From: Candidatus Zixiibacteriota bacterium
GTDB lineage: Bacteria; Zixibacteria; MSB-5A5; WJJR01; JAJRUJ01
DNA length: 64,000 nucleotides
Direction: 5' to 3'
NCBI GenBank assembly: GCA_024277855.1
Contig: JAJRUJ010000024.1
Location: 17,568 to 81,567, forward strand
This document shows positions 28,138-37,750 of the stretch, piece after piece. Within the stretch, counting starts at the first letter, position 1; each line of letters opens with the position of its first letter. The notes below the pieces were generated by a model. The model had not been told where the DNA came from. It did no database searches and saw only the letters and a program-made list of their open reading frames with translations. A program made the position numbers and the translations under genes.

Positions 28138-29190
28138 ATGTTTGAACTTAGGGGATTAATCGACACGATCTGGGGCTGGATCGCCGGGTTGCTGGCCGAT
28201 ATCGGGCTATCTGCCGGTCTGGTCCAATTGATCGGTTACGCGATTATCGCCGCCGTGCTTTTCGGCGTCATCGCCCTTGTCGTGCTGTTTTTGGTCTGGT
28301 GGGAACGCAAGGTTTCGGCCAAAATGCAGGATCGCCTGGGCCCGATGCGGGTTGGCTGGCACGGGATAATCCAGACTATCGCCGACGCAATGAAGTTGCT
28401 GCAAAAAGAAGATATCACTCCGAAGAACATTGATTTCCCGATACATTTCTGGGCGCCGGTTATCACCTTCGTCGCCGCCTTCATGGTCTACGTGACTGTC
28501 CCTTTCGGTAAAGGTCTCATCGTCGCCGACTTAAATGTCGGCGTTCTTTATATTATTGCGATTACGACGTTCACGGTCATCGGCCTGCTGATGGCCGGCT
28601 GGGGTTCAAATAACAAATATGCGCTCCTGGGAGGGTTCCGCTCGGCGGCGCAGGTTGTCTCCTACGAAGTACCGCTCACGCTGTCTTTGCTGGGTGTGAT
28701 TATGATTTCCCAAACACTCTCGCTGGGGACGATAGTCGGCCAGCAGGACGGCTTCTTTAAGTGGTATGTCTGGCGGCAGCCGCTGGGTTTTGTGATTTTC
28801 TGGATTGCCGCCACTGCCGAATGTAACCGGACACCGTTTGACCTGCCGGAGGCCGACTCCGAACTGGTAGCCGGTTTTGTAACCGAATACTCCGGGATGA
28901 AATTCGCGATGTTCTTCCTGGCCGAATTTCTGAATATGTTTACCGCTTCGGTGGTTGCGGTCACCTTGTTTTTCGGTGGCTGGATGTCGCCGTTTGGCCC
29001 GGATTTCGGGCCGTCCTGGCTGTGGTTTTTCGCCAAGACGTTTTTCTTTGTGTTCGTGTTGATGTGGTTCCGCTGGACCTACCCACGATTGCGGGTCGAC
29101 CAGTTGATGGGATTTGCCTGGAAAGTGCTGTTGCCGCTGGCGTTTTTGAATATCCTGCTGACCGGCCTCGGCATTTACATTTTTGATTGA
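28138..29190 (+). CDS. nuoH: NADH-quinone oxidoreductase subunit H
   Basis: ERK(V)SAKMQDRLGP...G..Q..AD..KL motifs of NuoH/ND1. 29 nt after nuoA with no B/C/D genes between. Confidence 0.9.
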   Translation: MFELRGLIDTIWGWIAGLLADIGLSAGLVQLIGYAIIAAVLFGVIALVVLFLVWWERKVSAKMQDRLGPMRVGWHGIIQTIADAMKLLQKEDITPKNIDFPIHFWAPVITFVAAFMVYVTVPFGKGLIVADLNVGVLYIIAITTFTVIGLLMAGWGSNNKYALLGGFRSAAQVVSYEVPLTLSLLGVIMISQTLSLGTIVGQQDGFFKWYVWRQPLGFVIFWIAATAECNRTPFDLPEADSELVAGFVTEYSGMKFAMFFLAEFLNMFTASVVAVTLFFGGWMSPFGPDFGPSWLWFFAKTFFFVFVLMWFRWTYPRLRVDQLMGFAWKVLLPLAFLNILLTGLGIYIFD

Positions 29191-29202
29191 TGACCGGATG
29201 TG

Positions 29203-29706
29203 ATGATGACTGACGCATTTTTGACCAACCTGGCGTTTTATGTGATCTCGTTCTGCGTGATCGCCGGCGGTATCTTTGTGGTCAGTTCTCGGAATTTGTT
29301 CCATTCCGCGGTTTTTCTGGTCTTTACGCTCTTTTCGGTGGCCGGGATCTTTGTGATGCTGTCGGCCTACCTGTTGGCTGCGATCCAGGTGCTGGTTTAT
29401 GTCGGCGCGGTGGCGATGCTGATGATTTTTGGCGTGATGCTGACCACGCAGTTGTCTAATGTCCGGATCCGCTATATGAATGAACAGGTCTGGCCGGCAT
29501 TGTTGATCTGCGCGGGTTTCCTGGCCCTGCTGGTTTACGGCTTGACCGACACTCCTTTTGCTACCGGGAATGTGGCGGCCCCCGTTGAAGGAGCCAAAGC
29601 AATCGGCACATTGTTAATGACCAAGTATGTTCTGCCGTTTGAAATGGTTTCCGTCCTCCTGCTGGCGGCATTGGTCGGCGCGATAGTTATTGCCAAGAAG
29701 GATTGA
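29203..29706 (+). CDS. nuoJ: NADH-quinone oxidoreductase subunit J
   Basis: NuoJ/ND6-like 5-TM protein. Starts 9-15 nt after the nuoH stop, so no nuoI is present. Confidence 0.85.
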   Translation: MMTDAFLTNLAFYVISFCVIAGGIFVVSSRNLFHSAVFLVFTLFSVAGIFVMLSAYLLAAIQVLVYVGAVAMLMIFGVMLTTQLSNVRIRYMNEQVWPALLICAGFLALLVYGLTDTPFATGNVAAPVEGAKAIGTLLMTKYVLPFEMVSVLLLAALVGAIVIAKKD

Positions 29707-29713
29707 TAAGGTA

Positions 29714-30034
29714 ATGGGATCGGCGACAATCGGCTTAAATCATTTTCTGGTCCTCTCGGGAATCCTGTTTACGATTGGGATGTTCGGGGTATTGACCCGG
29801 CGCAACGCAATTGCAGTGTTGATGTCGACTGAATTGATGTTTAACGCGGTGAATATCACCCTGGTCGCTTTTTCCCGCTATCTGGCACCGGCGGCGTTTA
29901 CCGGTCAGATTGTCGCGTTTTTTACAATTATCATCGCAGCGGCCGAGGCCACTGTGGCATTGGCCATTGTCTTGTTGATTTATCGCAGTTTCCAGGGGAT
30001 CAATGTCGACCGGATCAATTTCATGAAATGGTAA
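29714..30034 (+). CDS. nuoK: NADH-quinone oxidoreductase subunit K
   Basis: ND4L signature ...LMSTELMFNAVNITLVAFS.... Confidence 0.85.
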   Translation: MGSATIGLNHFLVLSGILFTIGMFGVLTRRNAIAVLMSTELMFNAVNITLVAFSRYLAPAAFTGQIVAFFTIIIAAAEATVALAIVLLIYRSFQGINVDRINFMKW

Positions 30035-30051
30035 GAATGGTTCTGTAAATT

Positions 30052-31965
30052 ATGTTGCAAAACGCCTGGATCATACCCGCCCTGCCGCTGACGGCATTTG
30101 TGCTGATTGTGTTTTTCACCCATCGGCACCGGGCGCTCTCGGCCGGCATCTCGATTGCGGCAATTATCGGCGGATTCGCCTATTCGATTCCGGTCCTTTT
30201 CAGACTCATCGCCGACCACGGCCCGCATGAATATTTCTTCAACTGGCTGGAATTCGGGTCGTTTAATCTGGAAATTGGTCTTTTGATCGATCCACTGACG
30301 GCAGTGATGCTGTTGGTGGTAACGATTGTCTCATCGTGTGTGCAAATATACTCACTGGGATACATGCACGGCGATTCGCGTTATTCGCGGTATTTCGCCT
30401 ACTTGTCATTGTTTACGTTCTCAATGCTCGGGCTGGTTCTCTCGAACAACTTTGCGATGATTTTCATCTTCTGGGAACTGGTGGGGTTAACCTCATATCT
30501 GCTGATCGGTTTCTGGTTCGAGAAAAAATCCGCTTCCGACGCCGGCAAGAAAGCGTTCATCACCACCCGTACCGGCGATCTCGGTTTTATTGTCGGGATC
30601 TTGATTACTCTGTATGCCTGCGGTACGCTGAATTTCGGCGAGGTCTTCACCAAGATTGAAACCGGCGTTTTCGCCGGCGGGCTGGTCACCGCGGCGGCGA
30701 TTTTCATTTTTGCCGGTGCGGTCGGCAAATCGGCGCAGTTCCCGCTGCATGTCTGGCTGCCCGACGCGATGGAAGGTCCGACACCGGTTTCGGCGTTGAT
30801 CCACGCCGCCACGATGGTGGCCGCCGGGGTTTACCTGGTGGCGCGCGGGATGACGATATTTATGGCCTCGGATACCGCGGCGTTGGTTGTGGCGATTATC
30901 GGCATCACGACGTCGTTTATGGCCGCATCGATTGCGTTGGTGCAAATCGACATCAAACGGGTGCTGGCGTATTCGACGGTCAGCCAGCTTGGGTATATGA
31001 TCATGGCCCTGGGTCTCGGCGGGTATGGTGCCGGGACGTTCCACTTGATGACCCATGCATTTTTCAAATCCCTGCTCTTCCTCTGCGCCGGCTCAGTGAT
31101 CCATGCCGTCCACACCAACGACATGCTGGAGATGGGCGGGTTGAGCAAGAAGATGAAGATCACGGCAGCGACAATGTTCATTGCCTCGTTCTCCATCGCG
31201 GGGATCTTCCCCCTCTCGGGCTTCTGGTCCAAAGACGAGATTGTCGCTTCGACCATCGGCCACCCGATTTTCATGGTGCTGACGCTGCTGGTCGCCTTTA
31301 TGACCGCGTTCTATATGTTCCGGCTGTGTTTTTTAACCTTTACCGGGGCGCCGCGCGACCAGGAAAAATTCGACCACGCCCATGAATCGCCGAAGACAAT
31401 GACCTACCCGTTGATGTTTCTGGCGTTTTTGGCGGTATTTGCCGGCTGGGTGGGCATTCCCTGGTTGCCCCACAGCTGGTCGTCATTTGTCTATTACGGC
31501 GAAGTGGAGCACGCGAGTTTCCATTTCGGCCTGGCGGGAATTTCGCTTGCAATCGGGTTATCCGGGATTGGCCTGGCATATTTGATGTATTACAAGAAGT
31601 CGATCTCGGCGTAAAAAATCGCCGAGAAATTCAAACCGCTGTATATCCTGTTGTACAACAAATATTATTTCGATGAAATTTACGATGCAATCTTTGTCCA
31701 GCCCCTCTATGCCATGTGCGATTTCTGGTTCTGGTTTGACCAGAAAATCATCGACGGGCTGGTAAATGGCGCGGCAACGCTGACGATCTGGTGGGGCGAG
31801 ATCAAACGCTGGTTTGATGAGCACATTGTCGATGGCGCGGTCAATGGCGCCGGCATCACCATCCGTGGCACCGGCGGCCTGTTGCGTTTTGCCCAGACCG
31901 GCCGGTTGCAAAATTACGCCCTGGTCGTCTTTGCCGGGATCGTCCTGATTTGGTTTTTGGGGTAG
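30052..31965 (+). pseudogene. nuoL: NADH-quinone oxidoreductase subunit L, interrupted by a single in-frame TAA at 31612-31614 (637 codons if read through)
   Basis: Track ORFs 30052..31614 and 31651..31965 are in the same frame with no other stops between them. The second ORF carries the conserved NuoL C-terminal motif LLYNKYYFDEIYD and the region encoding the long lateral helix. There is no ribosome-binding site before the TTG of the second ORF. Confidence 0.8.
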
Positions 31966-32003
31966 ATAACACTCGAAGCGCGAAATAGAAAACGGAGCAG
32001 ACA

Positions 32004-33476
32004 ATGAGCGGTATACTTTCCTGGATGATTTTCATTCCCTTGATCGGCGGGGTAGTCATCCTCTTTTTCAACCAGGAACAGAAGACAGCCATCCGGAGTG
32101 TGGCGACCTTGACCACGTCGGTCGTGCTGGGGATTTCGTTTATCCTGCTGGCGCAATACAACCCCTCGAACCCCACAATGCAATTTGTGGAGAGGGCGTC
32201 CTGGATTCCGGTGTTGAATGTATACTATTATATCGGCGCCGACGGTATTTCTATCCCCATGTTGTTTCTGACGGCGTTGCTGTCGCTGATCTCCATTGTC
32301 GCCTCATTCGGCATTGAAAAACGGGTCAAAGAATATTTCGCATTCTTCCTGCTCCTGGAATGCGGAATGATGGGTGTTTTTGCCTCGTTGGATTTCTTCC
32401 TGTTCTATGTGTTCTGGGAAGTGATGCTCGTGCCGATGTATTTCTTAATCGGGGTCTGGGGCGGACCGCGGAAAGAATATGCCGCCATCAAGTTTTTCCT
32501 CTATACTTTATTCGGCTCGATATTCATGCTGGTCGGCATTCTGCTTTTGTATTTCAATACCACGCCGCACACGCTTTCGTTTACCGAGCTGGTTGCCGGC
32601 GGACCGACGCTTTCACATAATTTGCAGTTGCTGGTTTTTGTTTTCTTCTTCATCGCCTTTGCAATCAAGATTCCGGCCTGGCCATTCCATACCTGGCTGC
32701 CCGATGCGCATGTGGAAGCCCCGACCGCGGTGTCGGTCATTCTTGCCGGCGTGCTGCTGAAGATGGGCACTTACGGCCTCTTGCGGATTTCGCTCCCGAT
32801 GCTGCCCTATGGCACAAACTACTTCGTTTGGCCGATGGCGATTATCGGAGTGATCGGGATTATTTACGGCGCGCTGGTTTGCATGGCGCAGACGGACTTG
32901 AAGAAGCTGGTGGCCTATTCCTCGGTTTCACACATGGGCTACTGCCTGCTCGGGATAGCGGCGGTGACCTCGTTGGCGGGGATCGAGGGTTGCATGTTCC
33001 AGATGTTCTCGCACGGCTTGATCACCGGCGCGCTCTTCCTTTTAGTCGGCGTCATCTACGACCGGGCACATACACGCGATATCAACGCCTTTGGCGGACT
33101 CTGGTTGAAACTGCCGGTCTACTCCGGTGTGATGATCCTGTTTGTCATGGGCTCGCTCGGCTTGCCCGGGCTGTCCGGATTTGTTTCGGAATTCATGGTC
33201 TTTATCGGGTCGTTCCCGACGTTCACTTGGTTGACCGGTATTGCGGTTCTTGGTGTGTTGTTGACCGCCGGGTATTTCCTGCGAATGGTGCAACGGGTAT
33301 TCCTCGGCGAGTTTAATGAAAAGTGGGAGGGCAAGCTGCCCGACATGAAATTCCGCGAGATATTCACAATCGTCCCGTTGGCGGTTTTGATGATCGCGAT
33401 TGGGTTTTACCCGAAAATACTGACCTACTGGATGCAGCCAACACTGGAACATCTGATCAAATTGATTGCGCGTTAA
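32004..33476 (+). CDS. nuoM: NADH-quinone oxidoreductase subunit M
   Basis: ND4-type antiporter-like subunit, 490 aa. GGAG ribosome-binding site. Confidence 0.9.
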   Translation: MSGILSWMIFIPLIGGVVILFFNQEQKTAIRSVATLTTSVVLGISFILLAQYNPSNPTMQFVERASWIPVLNVYYYIGADGISIPMLFLTALLSLISIVASFGIEKRVKEYFAFFLLLECGMMGVFASLDFFLFYVFWEVMLVPMYFLIGVWGGPRKEYAAIKFFLYTLFGSIFMLVGILLLYFNTTPHTLSFTELVAGGPTLSHNLQLLVFVFFFIAFAIKIPAWPFHTWLPDAHVEAPTAVSVILAGVLLKMGTYGLLRISLPMLPYGTNYFVWPMAIIGVIGIIYGALVCMAQTDLKKLVAYSSVSHMGYCLLGIAAVTSLAGIEGCMFQMFSHGLITGALFLLVGVIYDRAHTRDINAFGGLWLKLPVYSGVMILFVMGSLGLPGLSGFVSEFMVFIGSFPTFTWLTGIAVLGVLLTAGYFLRMVQRVFLGEFNEKWEGKLPDMKFREIFTIVPLAVLMIAIGFYPKILTYWMQPTLEHLIKLIAR

Positions 33477-33494
33477 GTTGGTAATGGTGGGATA

Positions 33495-34958
33495 ATGAAT
33501 ATCTCGTTTGCGGAAATGTACGGCACACTGGGATTGATCGTTCCGGAGGTTGTCCTGCTGGTGCTGGCCGCGCTGGTCCTGACGATGGGGCTCAGCAAAC
33601 GGCGGTCCAGCGGCTCGCTGGCAATTATTTCGCTTTTCTCGCTGGCGGTCACCACCGTGCTGGTGCTGACTATCGGTGAGGGTACGGCATTCGGCGTGAT
33701 GTTCTTGGCCGATGGGTATGCGCGCGTTTTCAAATTGATCATCCTGTTGAGCGCCATGTTCACCGTGGCCTCATCGGTCGGCATCACCGAAAAGTTCCCC
33801 GCGCATAAAGGTGAGTATTACGGAGTTTTGCTTCTGTCGGTGGTCGGGATGATGTTTATGGTCTCGGCGGGCGAGTTGCTCACCATGTTTGTCGCCCTCG
33901 AGTTGTCCACAGTCTCGCTTTTCGTCCTGGCCGCCTTTAACAAACGCGATACCAAATCGGCCGAAGCCGGGCTGAAATATGTGATCCTCGGCTCAATTTC
34001 CTCGGCGGTGATGATTTACGGCATCGCGTTACTCTACGGCCTGACCGGAACAACTGAGATTGCCGGGCTGAAAGAAGGCCTGCAGAAGATGTATTTCGCC
34101 TCGGGCGGTTTCCCACGCGGCTTCTTTGTGGCGGTGATCCTCCTGGTTGCCGGGTTCGGATTCAAGCTTTCATTGGTTCCCTTCCATATGTGGGCGCCTG
34201 ATGTGTATGAAGGCGCCCCGACCCCGATCACGGCATATTTATCGGTGGCCTCCAAAGGCGCCGGGTTGGCGATATTCCTGCGCGTATTCTTCGGTGGGTT
34301 GATCAACGGCGCGGAAGTCTGGCTGCCGGTGTTGACTACGCTGGCCGCGCTGGCCATGATTGTCGGCAATATTACCGCAGTCGTGCAACGCAATATCAAG
34401 CGCATGCTGGCCTTTTCTTCGATTGCCCATATCGGGTATATTCTCGTCGCGGTTGTCTCCATTAACGCGCGCGGCGTATCGGCAATGACTTTCTATTTGT
34501 TTGTCTATCTCTTCGCCAACATGGGCGCTTTCATTTGTACTATCGTTTTTTCGCAGGCAACCAAATCCGATTTGATCCCCGACTACGCGGGGCTGTCCAA
34601 ACGTTCACCGGTTTTGGCGGCGTTTATGTCGATCTTCCTGCTCTCGCTGGCCGGGATTCCGCCGCTGGCCGGGTTTGTCGGCAAGTACTATGTTTTCATG
34701 GCGGCAATCCAACAGCAATATATATGGCTGGTAATAATCGCCTTGCTGACGTCGGTGATCGCGGTGTACTACTATGCGTATGTAATCTGGAAGATGTATT
34801 TCCCGAAAGAGGGCGACTACCCGACCGATCCGGTGCCGCTGCCGAAGACAATGGCCGTAATCCTTTCGGTGGCGACTGCCGGTATCTTTATTGTCGGTGT
34901 CTATCCGAAACCGTTTTTAGATTACGCCGTCGCCGCCGCGCGGACATTGCTGCCGTAG
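33495..34958 (+). CDS. nuoN: NADH-quinone oxidoreductase subunit N
   Basis: ND2-type antiporter-like subunit, 487 aa. Last gene of the cluster. Confidence 0.9.
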   Translation: MNISFAEMYGTLGLIVPEVVLLVLAALVLTMGLSKRRSSGSLAIISLFSLAVTTVLVLTIGEGTAFGVMFLADGYARVFKLIILLSAMFTVASSVGITEKFPAHKGEYYGVLLLSVVGMMFMVSAGELLTMFVALELSTVSLFVLAAFNKRDTKSAEAGLKYVILGSISSAVMIYGIALLYGLTGTTEIAGLKEGLQKMYFASGGFPRGFFVAVILLVAGFGFKLSLVPFHMWAPDVYEGAPTPITAYLSVASKGAGLAIFLRVFFGGLINGAEVWLPVLTTLAALAMIVGNITAVVQRNIKRMLAFSSIAHIGYILVAVVSINARGVSAMTFYLFVYLFANMGAFICTIVFSQATKSDLIPDYAGLSKRSPVLAAFMSIFLLSLAGIPPLAGFVGKYYVFMAAIQQQYIWLVIIALLTSVIAVYYYAYVIWKMYFPKEGDYPTDPVPLPKTMAVILSVATAGIFIVGVYPKPFLDYAVAAARTLLP

Positions 34959-34986
34959 GAAAATAAATTGGAATCGAGATTTGATA

Positions 34987-35010
34987 CCCCGTCTCTTGGC
35001 GGGGTTTTTT
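34987..35010 (+). terminator. Rho-independent terminator downstream of nuoN
   Basis: CCCCG-tctcttgg-CGGGG hairpin followed by TTTTTTGTT. Confidence 0.6.
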
Positions 35011-35062
35011 GTTGGGGTATACCCAAGGGATTTTGCAGCAATTGTCAATTATAGTATAGTCT

Positions 35063-35117
35063 GGGTATCCCACACCCTGGGGGCGCAGGCCGCTTGCGGT
35101 GGGATTCGATATTCATG
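35063..35117 (+). repeat. REP-like palindromic element, copy A (GGGTATCCCACACC...CCGCTTGCGGTGGGATTCGATATTCA)
   Basis: Shares GGGTA(T/C)CCCAC and GGTGGGATTCG(R)(W)ATTCA blocks with copy B, and in inverse orientation with copy C, flanking the RAYT gene. Confidence 0.5.
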
Positions 35118-35213
35118 CTGTCAATCAATGATTCATCCGTTAGGCAAATCGTCAGGCCGCATGCCGAAAAGTTCCTCCGTCTTGTTCGAAAGTAGTCGAT
35201 TGGGACACAATTC

Positions 35214-35264
35214 GGGTACCCCACTCCGCCGGGGCGGACGGTGGGATTCGGAATTCACGACCAA
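35214..35264 (+). repeat. REP-like palindromic element, copy B
   Basis: GGGTACCCCACTCCGCCGGGGCGGACGGTGGGATTCGGAATTCA. Overlaps the 3' end of the RAYT gene. Confidence 0.5.
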
Positions 35265-35788
35265 TCAGTACCAATCTTCAGCAGTCCGGATTCTTCTCCC
35301 AGATACGCACGGTAGCTGGACCACCGCCATTCCTCGATTCGTTGAGCAAACCCGGCCCGGACGGGGTTTGCGTGACAATATTGTATCTTCTCTTTAACGG
35401 TTTCAACTGTCCGACAGTTATGATCATAACATCGGCGTTGCCAGAAAACAAGTCGGATATTTCCACTTCGATTTACTTGCAGCCGCGATAGTCTGTAATC
35501 TTTCACGGTCCGCCATCGCTCCAGAATCTTCCTTGCCGAACGAGATTTGACTTCACCGATAACTCGTCCCAACTTGATTGCCGCATGCGGATAAATAACC
35601 AGATGCACATGATTGGGCATAACAACGTAGGACAGCACAGAGAAATTGTATTCCATTCTTGCAGCCTCAATTTCCTCAAGGAGAATGCCAATATCCTCTT
35701 CATTGGTCAGCAGATGATATTTTCGATGGCAAGCAAACGTCACGAATCGTGCTGTGCCGAGATTGTCATAATGATGGAGCCGAGTCAT
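35255..35788 (-). mobile_element. REP-associated tyrosine transposase (RAYT / IS200-like Y1 HuH transposase) gene
   Basis: HuH motif MPNHVHLVIY, and the C-terminal block FWQRRCYDHNCRT...YCHANPVRAGFAQRIEEWRWSSY matches the RAYT pattern (WQ.RF/Y...Y...NPV...W.WSS). Flanked by REP-like repeats on both sides. Confidence 0.75.
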
Positions 35789-35830
35789 GCATTAAATTTT
35801 GCACATGAATCAGGGGGCTGTCAATCATTT

Positions 35831-35925
35831 CTCGATATTCCCACCGCAAGCGGGTGGGGTACCCAACATTGAAAAAAGACCCCACTGTCCGCCGTGGCGG
35901 AATGGGGATCGCCACTCATGCTGAA
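35831..35925 (-). repeat. REP-like elements in inverse orientation, copies C and D, upstream of the RAYT gene
   Basis: TCGATATTCCCACCGCAAGCGGGTGGGGTACCCAAC is the reverse complement of the copy-A core. It is followed by CCCCACTGTCCGCCGTGGCGGAATGGGGATCG, a degenerate copy-B-like element. Confidence 0.45.
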
Positions 35926-35941
35926 TTTAAGTATGCGAGAA

Positions 35942-36793
35942 CTACTCAGTGGTGGTGAGTACCTGCTCAGGTGGGAGTTCGCCTTTTGAGTACACACCGA
36001 TTATATGCAATCCCGAAGTTTCGCTTTTCAAAAGGTCGAGGCACTCGTCGAAAGCAGTGCGGTTTCCCCACTCAAAATCAGTGTGGAAGGAATACTCATA
36101 CGGCCGTCCGGCCAGCGGCACCGACTGGATCAGGGTGAGGTTGAGTCCGAGATCTTTGAAAATCGCGAGGACATCAACCAGCGCACCGGGTTTATGTCTG
36201 GTCGAGAAACTGAGGGTGCATTTGCCGGAAGACAATTCCGCCGATTCTTCTTCGTGTGACAGGACCAGGAACCGGGTATAGTTACTCTTCTGGCTTTCGA
36301 TGCTTTTGGCCAGGATTTCCAATTCGTATTTTTCGGCGGCCAGCCGTCCGGCAATTGCACCGATCCCACTAAGTTTTTTTTCACGAATTTCTTTGGCGCT
36401 GTCAGCGGTATCGAAAGCGTCCTCGCCGACCATCCACGGGTGCGCTTGTAGAAAATCGGAGCATTGCAGGATAGCCATCGGATGCGAACGTACGGTCTTA
36501 ATATCTTCCAACTGCTGACCGGGAAGCGCCATCAGGTGCTGCCGGATACGCAGGTATGTTTCACCGATCACGGTGAGGGGAAAATCTTTGAGCAACGAGC
36601 AGTTCGGTAAAATGCTGCCGACGAGGGTATTTTCGATGGCCATAATTCCCCGGTCGACTCTGCCTTCGACCAGCGCGGAACAGACCTGCCGAAAGAGATT
36701 ACACTCGACTATTTCAACGTCCCGATCGGGGAAAAACTGCAAAGCGGCCTCATGATGAAACGAGGCCTGCCCGCCCTGAATCGCGATCTTCAT
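35942..36793 (-). CDS. pheA: Prephenate dehydratase (PDT + ACT domains)
   Basis: PDT domain and C-terminal ACT. Start MKIAIQG chosen 6 nt after GGAGGAG inside track frame 35942..36826. Confidence 0.85.
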   Translation of the reverse strand: MKIAIQGGQASFHHEAALQFFPDRDVEIVECNLFRQVCSALVEGRVDRGIMAIENTLVGSILPNCSLLKDFPLTVIGETYLRIRQHLMALPGQQLEDIKTVRSHPMAILQCSDFLQAHPWMVGEDAFDTADSAKEIREKKLSGIGAIAGRLAAEKYELEILAKSIESQKSNYTRFLVLSHEEESAELSSGKCTLSFSTRHKPGALVDVLAIFKDLGLNLTLIQSVPLAGRPYEYSFHTDFEWGNRTAFDECLDLLKSETSGLHIIGVYSKGELPPEQVLTTTE

Positions 36794-36927
36794 GTTCATC
36801 TCCTCCCGAACACCTGATGTCGGCAAATACCATAGTTTTTAGATCGTCGGTTTTGCCGGTAATTCAAGTATAACAGATGAATAGCGGGCAAGATATTCAC
36901 TTTAGGTATGCCGGCGCCGCACCCGGC

Positions 36928-37668
36928 TCAAGGCACCGTTCCCTCATGGAGACAAGTGACGCCGAAAGACAGCGACCTGGCCCGGACCGCGGTAAGCCCG
37001 GCTCGTTCCATGCGGTCGGCCAATTGCGCGGGGGTGAGAAAACCGGCGATCGACTCGGGAAGGTATTCATAGGCCTGCCGACGGCTGGAGATCAAACCAC
37101 CGAGGCGGGGAATGACCTGTTTGAAATACCAGTGAAAAAACCGTTTCGCTTGTCGATTGCGGGGGAAGGTCATCTCGAGCACAAAAACCCTGCCGCCGGG
37201 TTTGACCACCCGGCTCATCTCAGCCAACGCCCGGTCTTTGTCGGGGATATTGCGCAGGCCGAAGGCAATAGTCACCGCATCGAAAATATTATCGGCAAAA
37301 GGAAGTTCCAACGCGTCACCGGTGAGATATGCAATCCGCCCGGAGCATCCTCGACGCATCGATTTTTCCACCCCGACCGCCAACATTTCCCGCACAAAAT
37401 CTACACCGATGATTTTCGCCCCGGTGCGCCGCGCCAGGGCGAGCGCCATATCGCCGGTTCCCGAGGCGAGATCGAGAATCAATTCGGCCTCGGATGGAAC
37501 CCGGCCAGCGACAACTCGTCGCCAGTAGATGTCCTGGCAACCGGAGAGGATATGATTGAGCAGATCGTAACGCGGCGTGATCTCACGAAACATCCGGCGA
37601 ACCGCACTCACCCGTTCCTCGTCGGTCCAGTCGCCACTCGATTTTTCCGGCGGTTTTGCCTTCATCAA
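36928..37668 (-). CDS. ubiE: Demethylmenaquinone/ubiquinone C-methyltransferase, UbiE/MenG family
   Basis: UbiE signature, including SAM motif I LDLASGTGD. Confidence 0.85.
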   Translation of the reverse strand: MMKAKPPEKSSGDWTDEERVSAVRRMFREITPRYDLLNHILSGCQDIYWRRVVAGRVPSEAELILDLASGTGDMALALARRTGAKIIGVDFVREMLAVGVEKSMRRGCSGRIAYLTGDALELPFADNIFDAVTIAFGLRNIPDKDRALAEMSRVVKPGGRVFVLEMTFPRNRQAKRFFHWYFKQVIPRLGGLISSRRQAYEYLPESIAGFLTPAQLADRMERAGLTAVRARSLSFGVTCLHEGTVP

Positions 37669-37750
37669 GAACCAATATAACGTCTATCGGGGTAATGCGG
37701 GAGGGTAGAACGGCGACGGCCAGGCCGGTGACACTCTCTGATCATCGTGA

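Noticed and set aside
28606-29304. 232-aa minus-strand ORF antisense to nuoH/nuoJ, and similar antisense ORFs across the nuo cluster (30493..31056, 33042..33452)
   Set aside because: They are shadow ORFs on the opposite strand of conserved complex I genes, with His/Arg/Gln-rich composition and no start-site signals.
31651-31965. 104-aa ORF starting with TTG, listed as a separate gene after nuoL
   Set aside because: It is in the same frame as nuoL 30052..31614, separated by one TAA, and carries the conserved NuoL C-terminal motif. It has no ribosome-binding site. I treated it as the 3' part of an interrupted nuoL, not an independent gene.
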